A DNA stretch of 63,925 bases, counting the filler, from Phoronis australis (lineage: Eukaryota; Animalia; Phoronida), in assembly GCA_002633005.1 (NCBI GenBank). It is 5 parts of 5 records of this genome, joined end to end, with 100 filler letters (N's around TTAATTAATTAA, not from the genome) between each part and the next. Parts side by side here need not be neighbours in the genome. Positions count along the whole stretch, not along the records: positions 24,037 to 40,978 come from NMRA01000886.1; positions 41,079 to 54,204 come from NMRA01001430.1; 3 more parts are not named here. One strand, 5' to 3'. The translations under genes and the position numbers were made by a program. Within the stretch, counting starts at the first letter, position 1. Each line of letters begins with the position of its first letter. Below, piece by piece: positions 36,718-49,945 of this stretch. Below the pieces are notes generated by a model that was given only the letters and a program-made list of their open reading frames with translations, had not been told where the DNA came from and did no database searches.

Positions 36718-38584
36718 GTTGTCGTTTATTACTGAGCGTTCTGTTTCAAAATGAATTATTCTCATCCTAACCAATACTTATATAAAACTGAAACAAAATC
36801 TGTCTCATTAGATGCAATTTGTAATGCCTTTGNAAAACTAATTGACGGGACACCAAGGCCGTGTGAGCTCATACTAATTTAGTGTTGGCTGGCAGAAATT
36901 GTTGTCAGAAACTGTTGTGAAACAACTCGATTTCCACCCCACGACCAGGTGTTAGGGGAATCTTTATTCACATTTACATTACTCAAATAATGATTGTCAA
37001 TGTACAACTTCTGCCCTGACGGTGCTGTGGCCAAAGCGGAACTGAATTCGCGGCCCCCGACGAGTAAGTAGATTTGAAGTTTGGCGTAGCTAATTCACCA
37101 ACATAATCACGTGCACATTACTTTGGTTCACTAGTATAGTTTTTTCTTGATTGGAAGTTTAGTTTCCACTGAACTTTGGCTGGTTTGTTCGTGATTTCTG
37201 ATCAGTTTCTGAGCCACTGGCCGTGATAACGAGTCAATCCGGCCGGCCGCGACGGGCCTGATCGGGCTCCGAGCCACTGGCCAGGATAACAAGCGTTTTG
37301 TGTTTAGAACTCAGAAAATCACAAGTCCAAACAACACAGATCTCGGTTCTAATGTCTGTATCTCACGGAAAATACTTCGAAATTATCTCCGACACACACC
37401 CCAATCTCCTGCTACGGACCTTATTGGCCTGCCGAACTTTATAGGCTACAAATACCAATAAATCCGTAAGAGCGAAATAAAACAACACGTTTTTGTAAGA
37501 ACTCGGTGTATTTTTAAGAGTTTTACATCGAAGTTTGATGATTTATTGGTGCTAAACGATGACTCCAAGCGATAAGCTGACACCAGTAACCCGTGTTGTG
37601 AACTGCTGAACAGAACGCGTGTGAAACCGATGACGTAATTGGATAATTTCAACACCTCCGTCTGCCGTCAGGTGTCAGGTAACGCAACCGCACTTGTCGT
37701 TATGGCGTAGAACTACTCGATCTAAATTGATACAAATTAGGTTGTTTTTTGGGTGGCATGCTCCTTTAAGGGCCACCATACCTGTGCTTCTGTACTTGTA
37801 CGTGATGATTAGGAGTAACACAAAAAAGGCCCTAAGAAAGGTTGGCCTGTTTTGCTTGTACCCAATCAGCTACCCAACTAGCTAGCTGTATGAAGACTAT
37901 CCTCAAAATGCAGATACCAGTGTGTGTTCAGCGCCGACAGAGCTCAAAATTGCACACAGCCTGGGTAGTTTGCTAGTCACCTATCCGTGAAACTTGTATC
38001 ATTGGGTGCATGCAAAATCTAGGAGTCAACCGACACTCACCTTCCACTCACCACATTGCAGTAGTTTAAGTCATTTGCTTGCGTAATTCTCTGCCTTTTG
38101 TAACAATGTAAAGTGTGTAATTGCTTTGAAAACAATACGCTCGTGTCACACACACATACCATTTCCTAAATTTCTGCTGCACCTCTTGGGAGAACATGAC
38201 AGCTCCACAGCAGCAAAATTTGTACTGAAATTTGGTTTACTGATATCAAAACTCTAAAAACTTATAATGAAGTAAAAATAGTTCCAATAATTTGTTGTAA
38301 TGAGTATGCAAAAGCAGTTGATTGAAGAATCAGCAAAAAAAGAAACTGGCCAATAGGTGACGCAATATTTCATGGCGCCAAAAGCTGATGCAAAGATTGT
38401 ACCACAATTTTAGCAGCAAAATAACAGTAGAAAGCCATTTTTCCAACACCGGTAAGTAATACAGTTTACCAAAGGAAGATAATAGTTTTTGATGACACTA
38501 ATTTTGTGTCAGATAATATCTGGTAAGCTTTTTACCCACATCGGTGCAAAGCAGCAAAAAGAATACAACTCTGCACCAAGGCTA

Positions 38585-40439
38585 CCACGGTTTTCCGTAG
38601 ATAAGCCCATGGGCATTAATTCGGAAAATTATGCCCAATAAACGCCCATCTATTACATAAAATGCATCATTTGCACAAACTCCGTCTCCCCCGCTCCACT
38701 ACAGACCTTCGTTGTGTCCGTTTCAGCACCGTCTTGATCCCAGGTATTGCACCGGCTCCCTAATTGGATTTGAGGTGTTCTGTTTTTTCTCGCAGGACGT
38801 TTTTTCGAGGACACGGAGGGAGGGTGGCAGTTTTGTACTGGCCTTGGTGACGTCAGTCGGTCGGCTCAAAGGCCTGGGTGACGTCACTCCGTGGGCTTAA
38901 TTTCACTCCCTCCGGCTTCTGTCACGTATATAATTCGTCGGGCCTATCATCGCCAAAATTAACAGTGCCTCATTAAAAATTTTTTGCTCTTCCTTGAGTA
39001 AACTAAATTATTTAACCGGGTGTTGGAAAATTGGCGTTCTTCAGTTATTCTGCTGCTAAAATTGCGATGCACCCTTTGGGCGCCATTGCGTAACGTATCA
39101 GGCCAATGTTCTTCAATCAGCTGTATAGGTTGCGTACATGTCATAACAATCGGACGTGGTTTCATTTTGTAACAAGTTTTTACTATTTTAATACAAAAAA
39201 AAAAACAATTTTAGAAAATACTCTCGAGAGATATCGCAAAGTTCAGGGACATGGCGCGCACGTATGCATGTCACGAGATTGCACTGTTTTCAAAACGACG
39301 GCAGATAGGATTTTCCTTTGTTACAAAAGGCGGAGAATTACGAAAAAATAACGTTTATTAGATTTTGTTTACTTCTATAAACGGCTGTAACGGGCACTGT
39401 GAATGTCGATTCATTCCCAGATTCTGCAATCTGCATGCACCCCTGCAGGTTGTTAGCTCTAAGTTTCACAACGAGGTGACGAGTTGAGCACCCGGGTTGT
39501 GTAAAATTTCAGTGTCTAACGGAGCTCTACACACGGCTACCTAGCTGTATGTTGACAACAGTCGTCATACAGCTAGCTGGCTTTCTGCCTCAGTACGTAC
39601 AATGCAACTTTTGTACCTACATCCAGGGGCGGATCCAGGATTTTGAGTTGGGGGGAGGCACGGCAAATAGAGTATTAGCCAGAATTTTACGAACTGCCAA
39701 ATGGAAGCTGGGAGAATTTTATGGAGGGCTATGGACCCCTGGCTCTAAATACGCCACTGACATCTATATACTTTGTGTACTATACAATATTTTGAATGCA
39801 TTCTTAGTTTCACTTTAAACTGAAGAATATCTGATTACCGCACTTTGTGTTACAGCAAGGTCAAATATTCTGAAAAGAAATTTGTACTGCCAGAGAAGAA
39901 TCCCACAGCCGCACACCTTAATTGTCTACTAAAATCTGACAGGTGACGGAAATTCCGCTTGAAGCTTTGAACACGTCTCTTCAAGAAGTATTCCTCTCTC
40001 TCGCGATGAACACTCGATCGGTTCACTCTTAGGTGTACATGTAGCTATTTCCTCTCGGCGTTTCCCACTAGCTGCTACACGTGCCAAAGCACGGGTAACG
40101 GCTAGTGGGAGTTTACTTGGAGTTACAAATTCTGGTGTCAAGTGTCCAAATAGAGGGGAAATTTCCTCTTAAAACATCAACTTTTAGCCACAAATTCAGT
40201 TTTGTGAAGCATTTATCATTTATGGAACAAATAAAATGCTGTCGAACTTTGCATTTATTAACAAAGCACATTTTTAAGTACAAAATGTCAAAGTTAGGAA
40301 ACTTATGACTTTCTGTTTACATGTCTGCTTTTTCCGAATAAATGCTCTTGCTTATTTGGTGTTACTAAAACGTCTGAAATTTTTCATTTTCTGAATACAT
40401 CATATACATGCCCATGGGCTTACCAACGGAAAATCCCGG
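38585..40439. mobile_element. Non-autonomous pogo/Tc1-type element with TA TSD
   Basis: TA|CCACGGTTTTCCGTAGATAAGCCCATGGGCA ... TGCCCATGGGCTTACCAACGGAAAATCCCGG|TA. Confidence 0.7.
39624..39759. mobile_element. hAT5-like MITE family B, 5-bp TSD ACATC, nested
   Basis: ACATC|CAGGGGCGGATCCAG ... CTAAATACGCCACTG|ACATC; a related left end lies at about 20653. Confidence 0.78.
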
Positions 40440-40978
40440 TATCAATTGATAGCATGCTACTGGAATACTCTGTCTCAACTTGTTTTTAGTTGGTGAGTGG
40501 CCAGACGAGCAAGCACATTGCTTACGTGAATGGGAAAAGTCAGCCGAGATGGTTTGTTAAGTATGTGATGACTACTATTAGCATCGTGACTCGTGTTAGA
40601 CGGCTGTAGTATAAGTGCATGTGATATTAGGCAATGACCATCGCCTCTGTTGGCCCGGACCAGAGGCAATGCAGAGGCTATAGGCGCTCTGTACGCCGGA
40701 AGCTTTTCGGCGAATTATGCCTCGCACCGACTAAACCATCAAAGTCACGTTGTTATAAATACCTTTTGCGCATAGAGGAACACCTTAGGAGGTTGTCGAT
40801 GTGTTTAATTCCTTCCAAATCGAACAAATACTCCCGTTATCAAACTTTTTCTTCGAGCAGTCCCTATTTCAGTTCCCAAAATCGTGAAATCAAAATTTTT
40901 GTACTGCGCACGCTCCAATTTTTACCGCGCTCGCTAGGTGATGTGACTTCATCACCTCAATTTTTAAATAGGCCAAAG

Positions 40979-41078
40979 NNNNNNNNNNNNNNNNNNNNNN
41001 NNNNNNNNNNNNNNNNNNNNNNTTAATTAATTAANNNNNNNNNNNNNNNNNNNNNNNNNNNNNNNNNNNNNNNNNNNN
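40979..41078. other. Artificial contig spacer
   Basis: N44-TTAATTAATTAA-N44. Confidence 0.97.
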
Positions 41079-42131
41079 AAATAGTGGACAAAGAAGTTGC
41101 TTTAAATCATGAAGTAATTCAGATGTGAGACTTATGAAAAATATTTCACGAGGACTCACTGTCGGTGATAAATTTACCCTACGCTTTAACTGTGGATTTT
41201 GTTAGCATTATTAACTGCCATTCTACGAAGTCGACTCTAGGGTCATCGCCTCAGATCTTAAAAAAGTGCTTTCATACGTCCTGGAGACATATTTTCAAAG
41301 GTTTATTTGAAATTATCCACGCCAGTATTTTTTAAGGTGGAGCATCATCAGTACTTTGGCCCAATCAAATATGTCCAGTGAGTAAAGTAATTTTAAAACG
41401 GTTCAAATGAAAGTTAGAGAATTTTTTTGTAATATTTTTGTAAAAACTGTTGAGACTGTTTACATGACGACAGCTTTTACATTTTGAAACGGGTTTCCGT
41501 TAACCTTAATTGGAGCGCCAAAATGCGCTAAATTATGCATGTTTTTGTGTTTAGCCATTTTTGAGGTGCTTTGGGGGTTCAATTCGTGGGATGTTGGTGA
41601 TTTCAGATAATATGTCCTCATCAATTTTCTGTGTGATTAAGAAAATAAAAAATAAAAAATTGGGTTTTTGTTCGTTTCCAAGCAACAGGCAATGAAAAGG
41701 ACATACCATCTCATAATTTACAATCCTTGACTAAGGACAGTCGCCTGTTGTAGCTCGTAAACCTCATCAAGGGGCTTTTTTTTCCAAATATAATTCCATG
41801 GTTATGACAATGACAGACGTCACAAGAATTTTTTATGATTTTATTACTGTTGGCCCCTATGGTTGCGCTTTGTATAATTTGATTTCTTTGGTGAAATTTC
41901 ATAAAATTGGTCGAATAGTTTCTAACCATGAAATATTGGCACGTGCATATTTTTGAATGATTCTAACCTGTGCCAAATGTCTAACTTGTGCCCCCACCCC
42001 TACCCCACCCCTACCCCTGCCAGCTGCTAACTGATGCTGTGCCCTTTTAACATCCTCTTCATTACCTGATAGTCGTTACATAAAAGTACAAAATCATTTC
42101 AATCTGAGTCTTGTCACTTCTTCAGTATACT

Positions 42132-42366
42132 CAATGGCGCACCCAGAAAGGGGGGGTTGGGGGGCTCGAGCCCGCATTTGGCGAAAAGGTCCGCCTCTGA
42201 GAAACAAAAAGTCCGAGAAATGAGACAAAAGTACGCTAAACAAGCACAAACGCACAATTCACAATGGTGCCCCCGTTTGTTTTTCAGTAAGCCTGCTTTT
42301 TTGTTACCAAAAGGTGCACAAGTCATTAATTCGAGCCCCCCACATTGAAGGCTGGGTACGCGCATG
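42132..42366 (+). mobile_element. MITE family A, full copy
   Basis: CAATGGCGCACCCAG ... CTGGGTACGCGCATG; flanks ATACT/ATAAT (4/5 TSD match). Confidence 0.78.
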
Positions 42367-44222
42367 ATAATATTCGCGTAATGGATTTCATCCCAAACTG
42401 ATATGGTCAGTTGTTGTCACATTGAGAACATGGTGACTTTGAATTCAACCCAATGCCCGCAGGCACACACTTTTTTTTACTTAGCGCACATCTCAACTTT
42501 ATCCAGCTTTTTGTTGTGAAAGGGGTGACAACATCACGCTGCCGGCCAGAGGGAAGATAAAAAATATAGGAGGGGGGCACTTACAGTATTCGACTTTGCC
42601 AAAATTTTGCTCCAATCGTGGAACCAAATTTCAGATTCTCCATATGCCCACCTCTAACATACCGTGGTTGTCGCCAATTTCGCACTTTCATGGGCGTACT
42701 TTTTGTGGGGCAAACCTCGGGGAGGCCACCACCAGAAATCTGTGTACTTAGTGTTTCAACCCTAGAATTTAACGAGTAAGGGTCCCTTAATAGGCCTGGA
42801 CACGTGGCACACGTTAGGCGTTTATGTATGCATTTGATGTTTTTGGCTTAGAGCCTATTTACAAAATTCACTTTATTAAGGTGCCGAAATGTGTACTGGT
42901 AAAAACCACAATTTAGGGGGTGTGATGCAAGACACTTTTACTGCTGGCTGCGAAATCCGGACAACGGTCTTCAAAAGAAACTCCGTCCTTGGATTTCTTT
43001 CAGAAAAACTATCGATATATTCATAGTTACAAAACCCTAGAGACTATTGTCTTAGTTGTCTCGGATACTCCGATTGTCACAGAGGTGCCTCGACACAATT
43101 TGCAACTAGTTGTTTGATGTAGAGACGTCCGCTTCCACTCTGACTTTTTCTATCAACTTACGAGAAACCTCAGTAGCCAATCATTACGCGTTATTTTTAG
43201 ACAAAACTAGAGTTAATAGAACACACGCCGTATCAACGATACCATGTGTATTCGTGCTCCTATTCAGCTGCTCCACGGCGCTCTTTAAATTAGTATCAGT
43301 CGTACACGGAATATTATAATTTGATAATCGGACTGAACAGGCATGAAGCTCGTTTTCACTAACTGGAGTGAAAACACAGACCAGCTTTACGAAGTCATCC
43401 ATGGCAATAATAAATGATATCCTTCATGCAGTTACTTACTCATTTCATTGCAATCCGATTTGCTTCAGCACTAAATGGATTAGCAGCCTGAACTGTGCAC
43501 TGGTCAATCTCTTCATTTGCACTTAGTTGTTGGGCCATGACTTGCTGCACATTTGCATCCACAATCTTACCTACACAGGAACGTTTACTTAAAGGCATGA
43601 GAAACACGTTCTTGTTAGATTATTTAATTAAATATTTTCCTACTTAAAGTTTGCTCAGTACTCCGTTACGTCCGCCTAAACAGAGGAGTTTCTGGCAAAA
43701 AGGCGAAGTTTCCTCTTTAACAAACTAAATTTTGCCTTTTTACTTGCGAATGAATCAAGTCACACCAAATGTTCACACTTGCATTTGATGTCGCGCACTT
43801 TCATTTATACCATAAATATATAGGTTATCAGACATACATAGGAATACTACTGTCATAGCCTATGAGCATTCATTTCATTTGGGAATGTACTAACGAGACC
43901 GAGGGTTGAGTTGGGGCATACTCAGATAAAATGAATTCGAGATAAGATATCGTAGTAGTATTCCTATTTATGTGGGGAAATCTTATTTATCCCTTATATA
44001 CGAAATCGTTTGCTTCGCGGTAATATCTTGTTGTCATGTGCCTAATTGGCTTGTTGTTGTATAACATCATACATATCCTATAGGCACACACGCGCCGGTT
44101 AAGCAACAGTTTGTGAAAAACACGAGTCATTACAATGAACCATGATTGACCTTGAAAGGTTGTCGGAAACTTAGCAACGATCCATCACGCAAGATCGCCA
44201 TAATGTTAAGCTAGTTGTTAAG

Positions 44223-45077
44223 TTTTCTGTTTCTGTTTCTGTGGTGACGTCACTTTTCTGTTTCTGTTTCTGTGGTGACGTCAGAGGGTAGGCACCGGGA
44301 TAGTATCTGGCCCTCCTCCTTCCAGTATCGCACGCAATGTAAATTTAGAGATGCAACCAAGTTCGTGCTGGTTACACACTCTTTGATCTTTTCCCCTAAT
44401 ACAAATTTTTGCTGCATCTCCGTATTGCCATCCTCGCTCTATGAGGCGCTTTATTGCCCATCTCTCCTGCTGTTGTACAATCTCGGCATCTGTAAGCGAT
44501 TCTCGCACTCTGGAGATTACATCTGCTGGTGTGAGGAGCAGGTCGGCAATCGGTTCTGCGATGCCTGTAAGCTCATCCGCCTTGACGTTGAATGAGGTGC
44601 CACAGTGTCCAGGTATGTAAACACTGGTGAAGAGACCATTAATAGAGCTGAACAGAGGGATCCAGGAATCTTTCACATCACCCAGTTTTTAGCCTGTTAA
44701 TGAGGCTGAGGGAGTCTGTAAGTAGAAATGATCTGTCTGCAGGTGTTGTGGTCTGAGAGCCAGACTAGGGCGTCTTCATATGCTTCACATTCAGCTCTAA
44801 AAGACGATGATTTTCCAACCCGTGCTGTTAACCATTCGAAGAGCCGTTGACTCTCACGAGTCCAAGCAACTGCTGCCCAAGCCGTAGTGTCATCTCTTAG
44901 TGAGCCGTCCGTTGCAACAATGATTGTGGGAGATTGTTCTTCAAGCCATTCCGATACAGTTGCTTGATTGATACAGTCAGCTCTTTCCCGCCAATGACGG
45001 CCTCCATTCTCCATGGTGTTGATGACAAAGTTCGTGGCTTTGGACCAATCTATCCTGTTGATGGTAATGCTGAACAC
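44223..45077 (-). mobile_element. 5'-truncated RNase H-bearing non-LTR retrotransposon 3' end
   Basis: IIVATDGS..., SSFRAECEA and VYIPGHCG..FNVKADEL are RNase HI motifs (frameshift near 44700). The stop is followed by a duplicated 31-nt unit with (AACAGA)n tail. Confidence 0.8.
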
Positions 45078-46849
45078 GCATATAAAAACTCAATTTTGGA
45101 GCCTCTTTTGATGAAGTGACTCATATTTGTCACAAATAAACGTCATTTCTCATAATTGACATCTTGAGAATTATGGAACATGACTTATATTCGTCGATTT
45201 CAACCCAAGCATAGCCAGTTATTTTGAACAGATTGTATTTTTCTCGTCAAAATGAATACAACTGGAATGTCTAAACTGCATAAATGTACTGACTGATACT
45301 TAAAGTTCTGTAATCCTTCATTTTAGACGTCTAAATTAGCTTGGTCTAAGTTGTTTCTAAAATCAAATTGTATTTTCCAACTCATTTAAGTACTCTCGTT
45401 TAAAACCAGATTCATGTAAGAAAACGTATTTAATTGGAGATACATGAAAATACGTTACAACCACACCCACCTTGCACTATTGACTTCAATTTTGTCACAT
45501 ACTTTCATACTTCAGAAATAGTGGAGCTTTACTAAAGTTTGGATCTTGAGCACAAAACTAAATCTGAAACGGCTAACTTTGACTCGAGAACCAAACCCCA
45601 TTTGTAACCCTTTGAAGGAATTTGAAATACTATATTTCACCCTTTCAAAACAGTTAAAAGGCCTCAAAGTAAATCATGTAAACTTTTGAAGTTTACTAGT
45701 AATAAGTTTGGCTTCCCAATTATTTTAGCCACCTATAATGAAGCCTTACCAAACACAAAATGTTTAAAAACCACTATATCGCGCTCCTTTCAAAACTCGA
45801 GCAATCTGTAGGTAGATCCCGAGTCATGCATGTATGCAGAATGGTGCGGATTAGCATTACTAAGGTTGTGTTTGATAGACCCAAGACACAAAGCACTATG
45901 TGGCGAGAAATCTTCACTTATAGAACGGAAACGGTTAATTCTAGCCCATAATTCATAATTCAACCTATCCAACCAATCACATAACTGGTAGCCATGGGAA
46001 CATTAAACTCCCTACTTTGATTTATACCCGCACTCACCGGCACTATTATGAAATTGGTTTCAAATTTTGTAGAAAATAAATCTGAAACTAAATAAGGTGA
46101 ACCAGGTCCTCCCAAGGATACTATTGTTTCACGAAATGTAGAATATAAATCGGTAAATAAAACAACATTGATCCATTCTTGTTGTTTTATTTACCGTTTC
46201 AAATTTTCAAATGTTAGGAGATTGCAGGGCGTCAAAAATTCATTAGTAGGTCTACTTGTTGGTCACTTGGCGTAGTGGTGTGGTGTGTTCAACAACATCA
46301 TTGTCTTGCAAGTGTGTTGACAGGTCACCCGTTCTGCCATTCCATTGGTGTGGGCCATGTTAGTCTCAGGCAGCCGCCTGATTGGCATTTTACTCTATAC
46401 TTTTCCGTTTGACCGTGCCTTTTGAAATGTAATTAGACAATGATTGGTACTGCCACTAGAGGACTCACTATGTTCCCCTATAGGTGGCGCTGGCTGTTCT
46501 CAATATGGCAGCCTCCAGCCCACAGTCCCTGTGAACACTTCTACTGGTACATTAGCTTTAAATTCATGTATACTGTTAGTTTAGGCACACAGTTCAGTTT
46601 GTCATTAGTTTATTACAGTCTGTAGCTAGCGTAGATCTACTCATATGTCACGGATATTTTGCTTGTTTTGTAGATCGCCATCATTCTTTGTCATATTGTC
46701 TGGCTGTGCAATAAAGACTGATGATATAAGAAATAACCCGTGTTTATTTAGTAATAACGGGTCACTGTGGTTTTGATTGGTTTTCAAGAAAATGTAATAA
46801 CTATAGCATTTGGGTGAACTAAAAGGTCCTAGGTGACACATGAACTTTC

Positions 46850-46934
46850 AGAGCTGAAAGGTCCTACTCAGGAATCAAACCCATGACCCCTGGCTCCAGA
46901 GACTTGCGTCTTCAGCACTGCAGTCAACTGAACA
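46850..46934 (-). mobile_element. Degenerate tRNA-SINE head
   Basis: Minus strand ...GCAGTGCTGAAGACGC...GGTCATGGGTTTGATTCCTG (box B-like). Confidence 0.35.
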
Positions 46935-47744
46935 GTAGTAGCGAGGACAGCATTTTTCAAAAATTTTTGAAAATGTGCATGTAATATACATCACGAGAAA
47001 GCTCTCTACAAGACTAAAAGAACGGTGCAAAAAATTTTTAAATCGGACTTACGGTTCCGGAGAAAATGGTGTTTTTGTGTCAATTTTTTTGGTAAAAATT
47101 CTGTCAAATCAAATTTGTGAGTTTGAAATATTATGGTTACAAATCTACGTAACCTAGACAGACATGTTATACATCATTTCAAAGAAAATTTTATGATGAA
47201 TAATTTGCAAAAAAGAACATTCCGATTGGACATTCCTGTGCGAAGATATTGACCTTAGAGTCAACAAAGCCGACGAAGAAAAGTCAGTACGTCACAATTT
47301 TGTCGTTTCAAATTGGCATAGAATAGTAATTACTCAAGAAAAAAAAATAAGCTAGTATCATTTCAAGATTTTCATCAGGGAAGTTGAAATCTGATAATTG
47401 GTTGGGCAAATTATTGATATTATTTTGTGACTTTTTGTTGACATGCAGTTTGTGACTGACTTAACTTTGTCAAAATGCATTACTTTAAAAAAAATTAAAG
47501 ATAAACAACATCATTTCAAATATGTATTGATGAAAAGTATGATAAACACAAATTTTAATACAAGCTTCATACAGTAGATAGAAATTAAACATACTTTCCA
47601 CAACAATGTAACAAAATGTAGACCTCGTCTTGAGGCATGCAGGAAAGTTCATGCTGTGCAAATGACAACTGCAATATTTATTTCCAAAGTTGTCTTGATA
47701 TGAACCCATAAAGGTATGTATGATGGATAGATAAATAAAGTTCT

Positions 47745-47962
47745 CAAGGCATCCTCAAGGAAGGAAGGTCAAACCTTTTCACTGATTATTGACAGTGTGG
47801 CCTCTTCAAGGGGCCAAACCCTTTCACTGACTATCGAAAGTCAGTGGAGTGCCTTACGGACTTATGGCATCATCAAGGAAGGGGAATCAAATTCACTAAG
47901 TCAGTGGAGTACTTCACAGAGTTGTATCATCCTCAAGGAAGGGGGCTGTTAAGTCAGTGGAA
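47745..47962. repeat. Degenerate tandem repeats (CATCCTCAAGGAAGG / AAGTCAGTGGAG / CTTTCACTGA)
   Basis: Each motif recurs 2-4 times at roughly 50-70-nt spacing. Confidence 0.65.
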
Positions 47963-49434
47963 TATACACAATATGGAGCACCGCTCCAGCACTTCGAGGT
48001 CCTCTTGACCGCCAAAATCGTCCATCACCCGAAAGGTGCGCACAGCCTCATCTTCATCGTAGTGGGTATTGAGCCAAACTCACTTGTTGACTGCAAGTAG
48101 AATCGGTAGAAGCAGGAAAGAAGAAGGATCTGGACCAAGAGCTAAAGGCAGAGTGATGAGACAGAAATGCGAGACATGATGATATGTATTATAGTAAATT
48201 GACAAATAGGAATGAAATTATAAGAAAAAATGATGAAGAAAATAACAACTGGTTTGGTCCACAGCAATTTCCAACAAAGGTTACCTGAAAGATATAAGCC
48301 AGGCTGAGATATATAACAATCTAGACGAACCTCTGAATTGTTTTGTAAAAACTAAATTCATGGTAGAAAAAAATATTGATAGCATGTATAGTTTTTCATG
48401 GTAGTAAACATAAAGTTTTGGTTGAAAACACAGCACTGGAGTAGAAATACACAGTTGTAATATTTGTTTACTCTAAAATTAAAATGTTTTCATTTTCTAT
48501 CTTGACATATGCTGGCTAAACTGTCTTGGCCAGTATGGGTGGTCCTGTCTGGCAACAAGTCAGGTCTTAGTGGCCTGACCTACAAAAATGTGAGGCAAAA
48601 ATAGGAAAAAAGAACCTTAAATGAGAGAATCATTGTTCTCACAACGACAAATTACTTTTTGGGTCTCTTTTACATTAACTTTTCAACAGGAAAAGTTGAA
48701 ATGCTTTAGTTTGGGAACCAAAAATTCGCCGCGGTTCGAAGGAGCACCCCTAGCGGCAGTACCCGGAACTACGAAGTGAGTCAGAAATACGCCCGATTGT
48801 CAGAAATCGACGAAGGGCCCGTTTGCAACAAGTGTTTGAAATAGTTCATTAATGAACCCTTTAGTGCGCAATAGGATTCATTATGTGCGCAAATTAGGAA
48901 ATGTACCAATTAATTCAGGTCAAAGTTGAAGGTCGCGGGAACTGGCAACTTTTTCAACTTTTAAGTCAACGAAAGTGAAAAATACTTACGTAATAACGTG
49001 CGCAAGGGTTTCTTCTACAAGTTCACGAAGTTTCACGCCAAAATTCGAGAGTTTAGTCTTCTCCTGAGTTGAAAAACAAATACCAGTTGTTTTTACCGGC
49101 GGCCATTTTGCTTTGAAATGTCGGTCTCGTCGCTGCAAAAAACTCGTGCAAAGTATTATTAAACGGATTTTGCGACAAAAAAAAACTAACATTTCAGTAA
49201 AATAACGTCTTATTTCATACTTTGAAGTAATTTTTATTCACATTTATTGCATATTTGAGTGATTTTTTGCCGATTTTAATGTGCAAATTTTACACGGTGA
49301 CAGATACGCGAAGCGATTTGGTGACGTATGTTGTCCTCGCTAACAGTAGTACCTGTCTACATGTAGGTCACATAATGTTAGTGAGCTTTACACTGATCAG
49401 GCTTGATGCGTTTGTATTAAATGCATCTTTTTAG

Positions 49435-49506
49435 GTTCCATATGAAATCCTCAACAAGAACCTTAGAACTGCTCAGAGAAACATTGACCGTGAGGTGACA
49501 AATGTG
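49435..49506 (+). pseudogene. MAEA: Orphan fragment of a MAEA (CTLH/GID E3 ligase subunit) exon with its splice acceptor
   Basis: CTTTTTAG|VPYEILNKNLRTAQRNIDREVTNV versus the MAEA N-terminal [20 protein letters not shown]; homology stops abruptly and a stop follows at 49528-49530. Confidence 0.8.
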
Positions 49507-49945
49507 TGCAAGAATTGTGGCACTGAATAGTTAGGCTGCGGCCGCGGCCAATTTGCTCTGCCAAAATATTGAAATTTTGGCCAAGTTTGGGGGATTTTGT
49601 AGGTGGGCATTGCACTTAGGCTCAGTGAATGTGGTTTGTTTGTATTTGTGAACATGCTGTGAATACAAAGGCCACTTTCTTGGCTGTAGCTGCACTCTTC
49701 TTCAAGATGGCGGCCCCCGGCTGCAATTGTGCATTGTTGGGTAGCGACTGAGAAATTGGCTGTGATTTTAGGTAGTATTCAAACAAGCAAGAGTTGCCAA
49801 AAAACTAGTTGATTGACAGTACTTTTGGACCACATTTTCGGAATCAGTAGGAAATTTGCTGTCAGACTCTAATGTTTGCTTTAGTCGTGCATCGGCAGGG
49901 AAGTGGTGTTTTTGGGGTGAAAAGTGCCGATTTTGCATTTTTTTG

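Larger units (their letters stand above)
36155..37765 (+). mobile_element. Kolobok-like DNA transposon deletion derivative 1 (TTAA TSD)
   Basis: TTAA|AGGCGAATGCCACCCGA ... TTGGGTGGCATGCTCCT|TTAA (14/17 TIR match); contains convergent THAP and KolX-like 5' fragments. Confidence 0.75.
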
